Assembly (NCBI GenBank): GCA_964016885.1
Contig: OZ024744.1
Location: 72,106,001 to 72,170,000, forward strand
Source of the DNA: Eledone cirrhosa
Taxonomy: Eukaryota
Length of the DNA stretch: 64,000 nt
Reading direction: 5' to 3'
Shown one piece after another: positions 53,691 to 64,000 of this stretch. A program made the translations under genes and the position numbers. Under the pieces are notes generated by a model. That model made no database searches. It had not been told where the DNA came from and saw only the letters and a program-made list of their open reading frames with translations. The first letter of the stretch is position 1. Every line of letters starts with the position of its first letter.

Positions 53691-54086
53691 ATTTAGTTAT
53701 ATATTATGTTTTCTTTTTATATACCAAATTTGTTGTTTCATAGTTAAAATCAATAATCAGCATTTCACATTTTACCACCAAACTCTTTTTCTTGTCTCTC
53801 CAATTACTATCTATAAAATGCGTGTTTATCGGTTTTGCCTCATCCGTTTATATACTTAGGCTATTCTGTTTGCCGCCAGGTTTTCCTCTGTGTATCACAC
53901 TCTGAGGTTTTAATTTGCTTAATTTTTCAATGTGTCACACACACAAACACACCGTTCTAACCTACTCTTCTTTAACATCCCTGTCTTTTATTTTCATGTA
54001 TATATATAAATTATATATGTATATATATAAATTATATATGTATATATATATTATATATGTATATATATATTATATATGTATATATA

Positions 54087-54633
54087 TGTAAAAGTTCTAT
54101 TTAAATTGTTGGGATACAACAAGCTAATATTTTTATAACTGATATAAAGCACTCAACAAATATTTGGAGTAAAAATACGATATTAACAAATGGAAACTAT
54201 ATTTATAAAACCATATTTATTTCATTATACATATTTCAAGGACACCAAGTTAAATTATGGTGTGCTTTCATCAGATAAAATATAATATAGAGCAGTTTTA
54301 TAAATAAATATTGACATACCCTTAAAGAATGCAACCATTGCTGTTGGAAGGTCCCGGATAGTCCCGGGAGCTTCCAACAGCAATGGTTGCATTCTTTAAG
54401 GGTATGTCAATATTTATTTATAAAACTGATCTATATTATATTTTATCTGATGAAAGCACACCATAATTTAACTTGGTGTCCTTGAAATATATATAATGAA
54501 ATAAGTATGGTTTCATAAATATAGTTTCCAATTGTTAATATATCGTATTTTTCCTCCAATAATTTGTTGAGTGCTTTATATCAGTTATAAAAATATTTGC
54601 TTGTTGTATCCCAACAATTTAAATAGAACTTTT

Positions 54634-54636
<3 letters not shown>
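54087..54636. repeat. About 270-bp-arm palindrome (family E) between (TA)n tracts, hammerhead-like core in each arm
   Basis: Centre tcccgg atagtc ccggga (54352-54369); CTGATGA(54447) AAGcACACCA...TGGTGTcCTT GAAA(54484). Confidence 0.9.
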
Positions 54637-54710
<74 letters not shown>

Positions 54711-54965
54711 TAATATATATATACATATGTAGCTGACGACTGCGAGACAAGAGTACTCAATAGCAAAGTAGAGTTTTAATATTCATATTTTCAAGATTAA
54801 ATACTGAGTCTTGTTCCACTGGAGCTTCGCCTGTTTATCACAGGGTCATGAGAGAAGTTGTTCTACATTGATGTCCCTGTGATATACAGGTGTAACTCCA
54901 GAGTAATAAACTCACTATTTAGTCTTAATAAATTGAATAGACACTACACACACATACACACACAC

Positions 54966-55002
<37 letters not shown>

Positions 55003-56281
55003 TATAGAGAGAGATGTCCGTGGAAATATTTATATACAGTTATATTAAAGTATTTGTTTAGGGAATCTACTAAATGCATAACCATTGTATTTAATTGTAC
55101 ATATCCTGAATCAAACGAATAATAATAGGCATACATATGTTTTACAAAATGTATATTTCACAAAACTATATTGATATAAGTGTGTGTTTATGTGTGTGTG
55201 TGTGTGTACGTATTTTGTATTATATATATATATGTATATATGTGTGTGTATGTATGTGTGCGTGTGTGTTGTGTGTGTGTTTGTGTGTGTATAAATGTAT
55301 ATACGCAAGACTGACATGCACACAGACACACTCACTTATATATGTATCTGAATAAAATGTACACACACACACATGCACATACGTACACACATCACACACA
55401 AACACACACACAAACACACAAACACACACACTCACATATACACATATAGACATGTATGTATATATATATATATATATATATATAATACACCTAGTTCATG
55501 ACTACTCCAACTTAGATATTATAAATTAAAGTACACTCACGCATGCATATTATATGTACTTGTATATTTTGTGTACATATTTTCTACTATATATGTGTAT
55601 GATATGTGTATGGACATCTGTATGCAATTACAGACATATATGAGTGAGTGTGCGCAAGTGCGCCACCTTTACTTCTGACTAGCAACAAGTCATTTTAACG
55701 TCGTGGGGATGATTTCGTCCATGTTTTCAGCTAATACTTAATTTATCGAATATGGAAGGATGAAAGGCAAAGTTAGGCACCGTACTTTTTTTCGCCAAAT
55801 TATTTTCTTAATTAACTGTAATATTAATTTAAATATATTACCTATTTCTAATAACAATTTACAATATATATATAATTTCCGTGGAACAAATATTCTATTA
55901 ATATTATTTTGCCCCTTTCTCAAAGTCATTTTTTTTTTCAGCGGCTTATATAACATGTAATTTTTCTGTCTACCGCCTATTGTTCATTTTAAAATTTTCC
56001 TGCAGAAAACTTTTTTTTCTTTTTATATAAAAAAAAAAAGCTTCAGAACAAATCAAACTCAACAGTATATAAAAACATCCTTTCCTGGTATTCTTGTTAT
56101 TGAAAAGATATTGACAAAAAAAAAAAAAAAAAAAAAAAAAAATGATAAAAGAAAGTTTGTTTAAGAAAAAAAAGTTGTATCTTTTTTATATAAGTGTTAA
56201 ATAAAATGTTTCATTTGTCTTTTATGTTGTTTTGTAATTTTATTAGTTTTAAAAAAAATGTGTTGTTAATAGTGTTCTAGT

Positions 56282-56566
56282 ATGCATACATACACATATA
56301 TACACACACACATATATATATACTCACAACACACATATGTATTTGTGTTTGTATATACACATACATACATATATACATACATACACACACAGACCCAAGC
56401 ACACGTACACACATACACACACATATACACATATGCACAGACACACACACACACACATATATATGTATATATATAAATATATATATATATGTATGTATTA
56501 TGTACATATACACGCATGCACACACACGCGAACGTATACGCACATATACGCATGTAATATATATCT

Positions 56567-56627
<61 letters not shown>

Positions 56628-56748
56628 AATATATATATATGCATATATGTGCATGTGTATATTTATATATGTCTGTGTATTTACACATATATACATATTT
56701 ATTTGCGTGATTGCTTCGATTTATATGTATATATATTATATATGAATA

Positions 56749-56803
<55 letters not shown>

Positions 56804-56825
56804 GTATGTATGTATGTATGTATAA
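56282..56825. repeat. (CA)n/(TA)n compound microsatellite
   Basis: Direct reading. Confidence 0.93.
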
Positions 56826-57126
56826 TACACGTATGAATGTATATTGTGAGACAAGATATCATTAATAATCTCTTCAACACATTCTTTTAGTTATTTTTTT
56901 AGTTATGTCTTCTTTAGAAGTTCATTTTACCATCTCCCCACCCATCCCTCCCCGTTTTTATATTTCCCGTAGTCTGTTTTTCTTTTATTTTTCTGTGTTT
57001 ATGTCTTTATTAAATTTCGTAATTCGAAATTCTTTCTTTCACTCACTCCAAATCTTTTCATCATACATTTACAAGCTCTCTCTCTCTCTCGCTCGCTCTC
57101 TCTCTCTCTGACTTCATTATTTTGTG

Positions 57127-57729
57127 TCATTTCACATCAGTATCTTTTATTGAAAGTTTTCTTTTTTTCTTTCGACAGCGTTTGTTTTTTAGACGTGCTT
57201 CTTTACAACGTCTTCGCCGTCGTCTCCTTCTTTTACAAGCTTTCCGTTGCTGACGGTTTTTCATTTTACAACGGTGCTTTCGCTTTCTAGGCGTTTTTCT
57301 GTAAGTGGTCGTCGACGGCGTTGTCAACATGTGAGTTGTCAACGCCGTCGATGTTCTGGCAGTTGTCGTCGTTGTTGTTGCCAATTTCGGTGAACTCATT
57401 ACTACTGAAGCAGTGCTTAAGCCCCCCGTGACGGGGGGTTGTGCTGTCCGTACTGCATCAATAGCTGTTGTGGCTGAAGTATTAGAACCGGTTTTAGTTC
57501 GTTGTTCACTTTCAATTTTTTTAATCAATGCTTCGTCCGCGTCTAACGGCAGAAACATGACTCGTATTTGATGATTGTTACTACGGTTTCCTCGCCGAGG
57601 ACGTCCTCTTTTGTCAATACTTATGTACCATGTTTTGTTTAATTTTTTCTTGTATTTATTACTGTAGAATGTGGTGTAGTATTGCTGCAGTAACGTTTCA
57701 TAAAATGCGCAGTCATCAGAGAATTCTTT
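57127..57729 (-). CDS. FGF: Terminal coding exon of a fibroblast growth factor (FGF) family gene
   Basis: Acceptor ttttcttttgtttttgattgcag|AAA; KEFSDDCAFYE...YYTTFYSNKY...WYISIDKRGRPRRG...MFLP matches the FGF beta-trefoil C-terminal half at the conserved phase-0 intron position; upstream exons not found in the window; subfamily undetermined. Confidence 0.88.
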   Translation of the reverse strand, partial: KEFSDDCAFYETLLQQYYTTFYSNKYKKKLNKTWYISIDKRGRPRRGNRSNNHQIRVMFLPLDADEALIKKIESEQRTKTGSNTSATTAIDAVRTAQPPVTGGLSTASVVMSSPKLATTTTTTARTSTALTTHMLTTPSTTTYRKTPRKRKHRCKMKNRQQRKACKRRRRRRRRCKEARLKNKRCRKKKRKLSIKDTDVK

Positions 57730-58034
57730 CTGCAATCAAAAACAAAAGAAAAATATTTTAGAATAATAAATAAGTAAAATGGTTTGGTTTACTAATTAAT
57801 AAATTTAATTGTGACCAAATGAAATATATATTTTCAATTTTACTGTGAACAAATGAAATAGATCTTTTGAATTGTAGCCATAGATGCTGAGCCGAGTGTA
57901 ATAGTAGTATTGTTACTAATACTAATGTTATTTCTAATACTGTGTTTTTACTAAAAAATACAGCTGCTACTAAAAGTACTGTTATTGCCATAGATGTCTA
58001 AGATCGTGTTAGTTCGAAGAATATATTGCATAAA

Positions 58035-58064
58035 TGTTGTTGTTGTTTTTGTTGTTGTTGTTGT

Positions 58065-58104
<40 letters not shown>

Positions 58105-58180
58105 AATGATGATGATAATGATGATAATGATGATGATGATGATGGTGGTGGTGATGGTGGTGATGATGATGATGATGATA

Positions 58181-58216
<36 letters not shown>

Positions 58217-58220
58217 TTGA

Positions 58221-58252
<32 letters not shown>

Positions 58253-58285
58253 ATGGTGGTGATGATGATGATGATGATAATGATG

Positions 58286-58330
<45 letters not shown>

Positions 58331-58385
58331 CTGATGGTGATGATGATGATGATGACCATGATGGTGATGATGATGATGATGATGT
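58035..58385. repeat. (GTT)n/(GAT)n compound trinucleotide repeat in the FGF intron
   Basis: Direct reading. Confidence 0.95.
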
Positions 58386-58451
58386 TACCAGTGCAGTAGA
58401 TGGTATAGAAGTTGTTTAACGGAATCAGAAGAGCACCAGACTGAATAACCT

Positions 58452-59298
58452 GGTGGATTGACAGTATCGGTAGAGGGTCAGACATGCCTTCCAGCATAGT
58501 TACGTCCCTTTACGATCTGAGTTCAAATCCTGCCGAGGTTGACTTTGCCTTTTATCCTTACAGGGTCGATAAAATAAAGTACCAGTAATGCACTGGGTAA
58601 TTGCTGGCCTTGTGCCAAAAGTAGAAACAATTATCTTATACACCATGCTTTGACGCATAGAGTTACGGCCCTTGCCATTCTGAGTTCAAATCCCGCCGAG
58701 GTTAACTTTGCCTTTCATCCTTACGGGGTCGATAAATTAAAGTACCAGTAATGTACTGGGTAATTGCTGGCCTTGTGCCAAAAGTAGAAATAATTTTCAT
58801 ATACTACAGTACGTAATTAGTACTCTCGATGATTTTGACGACTCAGTCGTATCTTAGAATGTATGGCCTTGTGTCATCGTAACAAATCATTTTTATCATC
58901 ATCAACATCATCATCACCGTGGTAGTTGTTGTTGTCGTCGTCGTCGTCATCGCCATCATCATTACTATTATTATTAGCAGTATCTTTAAAACCGAAGCAC
59001 ATATGCTATATTTTGTTCCTGTTCAAATCACACCGAAGTTAACTTTGCCTTTCATTTTCCAGAGTTGAAAAAATGAAGTACCATCAACTACTGAGGTAAC
59101 TTTAATTGACATTACCCCTCCTAGAAACTGCTGGCATTGTGCCTGAATTAGGGTGGATTGGCAGTATCAGTGGGGACACCATGTTTTGATCTGAGTTCAA
59201 ATCCCGCCGAGGTTAACTTTGCCTTACGGGGTCGATAAAATAAAGTACCAGTAATGCACTGGGATAATATCTGGCCTTGTACCAAAAGTAGACACAAT
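58452..59298 (+). mobile_element. Cluster of family-A SINEs (58452-58628, 58643-58792, degenerate about 59020-59150, 59150-59298)
   Basis: ggtggattg.cagtatc head, gagttcaaatcc B box, ggccttgtgccaaaagtagaaac plus attatt end. Confidence 0.82.
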
Positions 59299-60284
59299 TA
59301 TTATTGATAATAGCATTTGCTAGTCTTATTTTTGTTGGTTGATTTCACTGCACAAATAAAGGTAGCTCTGTTTCTCTTGTATATAAGGAAGCATTATGCA
59401 TTGTTTTGGGATTTTTATATTGTGTCTATAATAAATAAGATATATAAGCAAATAAACGAAAATAGAAGAGGGAATAAATGGTCCAAAAGCAAGGCTGTAT
59501 TTTCCCACCTCAATGTAAACGAGGAGATAGGGTTCACTTGTTCCAAAGCCGAATAATTCAAATTTTTCATCAAGTAAAACGTAGTAATATTCCAATTCCA
59601 AACAGCTACAACCACAGCAACAGTGGCAACAGCAATAACAACAGCGCCAGTGAGAGAAGCCGCAACAATAAGAACTAAAACAACAATTTCTGTTCTAAGA
59701 ACTACATTATAAGAAGAAATTACAAAAATGATGGAGCTTTACATAGAATTAAATATGCGAAAACAAGCATGAAAAGTAATAGAATATAAGGAAATGAAAG
59801 GTCTTGATAGATATACAGACACTTGAGGCCAATCAAGGGACTTTATAGATCTCAGATTATCCTTACTACAAAGGATACTTCCTCCGACTACCTAGCTATG
59901 TCATCCAATATTCAGGCGCATGCTGAGACTCAGTCCATTTAAGCATTAACGCCATTTCTGTTACTATCACGCATCTTTCGGTGGATTAAACAGCAGGGCA
60001 ACAGTTCCGTTTCACTCACTTATTCTTTCCCTAGTGACACATGAAAACGTTGTTGAGGAAAATATCTGTTTTCGGCACTTGCAGTCAGGCCTGTCGTATG
60101 ACCATTTTCACTACAGCTACTCTAGAGAGACGATATCCGCAGAGATGCATGCCACCAGAAATTAGTGCAGAGGAGCAGTCACAATCATGTTCTGACCGAG
60201 TCCAGCTTACCAACCTCCAGTATGGTCACTACCAGAAGCTAAGAATCGCACAAGAATAGACTAGACAATAGAATGCTTGCATCA

Positions 60285-60510
60285 CACCCTGAGGAGGTCA
60301 CAGAATGGGGGACGAAAGAGCTTTGACAATATATAAACAACCTTCCGGTTATAGAACGAACCAACCAACCGGAAATTTATAATAAACTGAAATGAAAACC
60401 AACAGGTGCGTGTGTTTTCATTGGCAACATGACCCTCCCAAGGTATGACAGTATCTGTTTCAACACATGTTTTCAGATAAGAAATCTCGCAAAACAAATT
60501 CAAAACAAAT
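60285..60510 (+). mobile_element. Family-B monomer with a degenerate hammerhead at its 5' end
   Basis: CTGAGGA ggtcacagaatggggGAC GAAA gagCTT tgac then the family body, ending at (TATC)n. Confidence 0.7.
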
Positions 60511-60512
60511 TA

Positions 60513-60589
<77 letters not shown>

Positions 60590-60591
60590 CT

Positions 60592-63500
60592 CTACCAGAC
60601 GTGTGTAACTTTGCGGAGAAGTTTCCGTTATTTTATGTAAGAAAAAAACGTGAGTTTTCAGTTAAATTTTATATTATTGTGTAACTTGACCCCCCGTCTG
60701 AACCTTCAGGTGATGGGTCAACTCATTTTCGCCCCTACAGGGGCGAAATATTCGTTTGGAAAAATTTTTTCTCCATCGAATTTTGGAAAAAAATAAAATA
60801 TCGTAAGAAGTTTGATTACGTTATGAACGCTGCGTTCAACGATGATGGTGGTGGAGAGTCGGTAAGACTACATAGCTCGCAGTCAACATCGTCTTCTTCC
60901 ATAGATACTATGGAGATGGAAAGACGAAATGAAAATGTAAAAACAAATTCATATCCAAACAACACAAATGACACCAAACAGTTCAATGACAACACAAATA
61001 ACAACAACACCAATAATGATGATAAAAACAACAATGACAAAAACAACAAAGAAAAAAATAAAGACAACACCAATAACACCAGCATCAAAGACAACAACAC
61101 CAACACCAACACCAAGTAAAATACGAATAATATCAACATCTGTGACAACAAGAATAACAACAAGAATAACAACAATAATGACAACACCACCAACACGGAT
61201 AATTCCACAAAGAAACCAAAATCTCCTTTGCACAGACAGTTAAAAAAAAGGAGGAACTGACATATCTCGACATAACAAATGCCGAACAACTTTTAAAGGA
61301 CGCTAGGAGATATGTAACTTTCGAAAAAATGATGCTTTCAGCATCAATTCTCCGGTAGAAATTCGCAAGGAAGCTGCTCTCAAAACGACAGTTTCCAATT
61401 CTACCCGAAAACCAGCCAATTGTCACAGAAAGAAATCGAACTGGTTTTCAAAAATTCAATGAATGATATTGCATTCATTCAAAGAAGCAAACTTTTTGGG
61501 AGTATTTCGGTACTCATGAAAGATCAATTGACGGCCCAAAATTACTCTGTGTCGCCAATTGTATCCAACCTGTATACCTTTTTCCCTACATACATGGGAA
61601 AAAGGACACAAAAGACATCACAAAAGCAAAAAACCAGCAAACACTACCACAAACATACAACCACCAACACAAACAACAAAAACATCACAAACAAAACCCC
61701 TACCTCCTGAAAACAAAATACCTACAACAAAACGAAAGCACACACAAGAACTACAGACAAAAACAAACACAACACAAGAAAATTACACTTACATAAACAC
61801 TGAAAACAAAACACTAATGGAGACCATCACAAACGACCCTTCGGTGAAGACCGAGGGGAAAACTTTCGCCCACTCTATTAAAAATAACAAAAAACTGAAC
61901 TTAAAACTGATTAGGGTCCCTATACAAACTTATAGGTCCCTAAAAGAAACATTTGAAAAGGATGTGGGGAATTCCTGAGTGAAACCACCTAACCGCGTCC
62001 TTCTCAAGTGTCTCCCCACCCCAGACACCTCCATCCCACCAGACGCCAGCCCACCAAACATCTCCGTCCGCACCCCGCCGGAAACCACCACCAACCCAGA
62101 CAACCCCTCCAACAAGGCCAATATAAGAGTTGGATGTGTGAAAGTACGCGTCCTGGGGATGACCTGGAAACGGCAAACTCTTAAACGACCTCAGGTCGCA
62201 CAGTATGGATGTGGTAGCCATTTGCGAATCCAGGATCCATAGCGAGCGACAGCTGGCCCCCATCTTCGATGCCTTTGAGATCTACGCATCTCTCTGTCAA
62301 CCGGGGGGTGGGGGCGGAGTTGCCGTTTTGCTGCGGAAACACCTGGGCCTCGTAACACAGACGGTACATCTGGACCCGGAGGGTCGACAGTTGGTCCTAG
62401 ACGTTGACGGTAGTGAAGGTGGAGCCTTCAGGCTGGTGGCTGCATATGCCCCATCCGGCACACCACGGCCAGACTTCTTCAAACGTCTAGAGACTTTTCT
62501 GGGAACGTCCCGCTCCTTGCTTTTAGTAGGGGACTGGAATGGAATCCTAGATGCACGTTGGGAATATGTGGGAGCATGTCCCGATAAAGGGGCGTGTAAC
62601 AGCCTCAAACAGTTAATCGACCGATTCGACCTGGCCGATAGATATCGACTAGATTTTCCGACTGTGCCACTGTGGACCTGGAGTAATCGCAGCGGAACAT
62701 CTAGATCGTACCTAGATAGGGCTCTAGTTAGAAATAAGGATAGGGACATGTTAAGCTGTCCACAAATGTTCATGGTTACCTATTCAGATCACAAACTAGT
62801 GACCTGCATGGCCAACCTTGATAGAACCCATAGACGAGGACCCGGCTACTGGAAGCTGAACTTGTCGTTACCGACAAGCAAAGCCTACAGTAGACGGATT
62901 AGCACTTTAGTTAGACAGCACTTGACAGAGGCCATTGTCAACAACAGATGGTGGTACTCTCTCAAGAGGGCAGTTAGATTAGACTCGTTAGTTTTTAGTA
63001 AAGAATTAGCGTTAGATAGAAATAGAACCGAGAAGGAACTTGTAGATAAAGTAGAAGAGGCAATTAGAAGTGGCAACGTAACCAGCGTGCTAGCAACGAG
63101 AACGGCCTTGGACCAGTTCTTCGACGCAAAGAACGAGGGCTGCGTTGTCAGAAGCAAAATACGTGCTCTGGGAAACGAGGGAGCCAAAGCTATTAGCTCG
63201 GCCCGAGTGACGGAGGAAAAAAGTGGCACAAGTCCACGATTCGGTCTTTGAAGGACCAAAACGGACGCGTGATACGTGAGCCGAAGCAGATGTGTGCGTC
63301 CTTTCAGCGGCACTTTGCTCAGCTGTTCGGACGGGGCTATGGATTTCGGTCTATACCTCGACGGCCTACCGCGACTCTCGGACAGCGAGGCAAATTTCTG
63401 CGAAAAGCTGATTTCAGCCGCTGAGATAGGGGACGCGCTGAGCCAATGCGGCAAACACAAATCTCCAAGTCTCGACGGTCTACCCTACGAATTTTACGTA

Positions 63501-64000
63501 GCAATGCCGGACTTATTCTCCGGTCTCCTGTAAGCGGTTTACTGCAACTGGCAACAGAACGGAAGAATTCCCAGTTCTGTAACCGGGGCGTAGTAACACT
63601 AGTCAGGAAGGACGAGAATAAGGGGGATGACATAGGCAACTTCCGGCCCATAACTGCTAAACACAGAGTTACAGATTTTGGCCAAGGTGTTGGCATATAG
63701 GCTGGCGTTTGTCGTCGGGAACCTGGTGGGAGAAGCGCAGACATGCGCAATCCCGACCAGGTCCATACACGACAACCTCCACTTCATGTGATACATCATA
63801 GAGAGGGTAGGCTTCGGTTGTGCCCTGATCAACTTGGATCAGTCTAAGGCTTTCGATAGGGTTGACCATCGTTACCTGGATGCGGTGCTCGAGGTGGCAG
63901 GCTTCGGACCCGTGTTCAGGGGCTGGATTGCTGCAATGCACAACAGCAACTTCTGCTCAAGGGTCAAGGTGAACGGCTACCTCTCGGAGCCGTTCCATAT
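60592..64000 (+). mobile_element. Tx1/L1-clade LINE, 5' portion (ORF1, APE, RT), runs off the window
   Basis: Asn/Thr-rich ORF1 from 60823 with FPTYMGKRT; APE ORF 62205-63251 (ICESR, YAP, GDWN, SDH, GPGYWKLN); RT KSPSLDGLPYE, LDQSKAFDRVDH; 5' boundary after (TATC)n is approximate. Confidence 0.88.

Noticed and set aside
57994-58497. Poly-Asp / poly-Met / poly-Ile ORFs
   Set aside because: (GAT)n microsatellite open in several frames, lying in the FGF intron

Overview
Eukaryotic, AT-rich, microsatellite-dense genomic DNA. The SINE families and repeat landscape look like an octopus (coleoid cephalopod) genome; this is inference, not a database result. Most ORF-track entries are artefacts of (TA)n/(CA)n/(AAT)n/(GAT)n repeats. 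Host genes: one clear terminal coding exon of an FGF-family gene (minus, 57127-57729) and one possible signal-peptide exon (minus, 22430-22594). The rest is mobile DNA. There are near-identical R4/Dong-type (RLE) non-LTR retrotransposons and four Tx1/L1-clade (APE+RT) LINEs. There is a tRNA-derived SINE whose 3' end matches the Tx1-like LINE 3' end, plus a mariner, a Chapaev3 transposon and a Penelope-like remnant. Two patterns stand out. (1) Several unrelated type-I hammerhead ribozyme motifs sit in a 593-bp direct repeat (retrozyme-like, U3-A8 core variant) and in the arms of long fold-back palindromes embedded in (TA)n tracts. (2) R4, Tx1-like LINEs and the SINE are chained together through (AAT)n microsatellites with consistent family-specific polarity.
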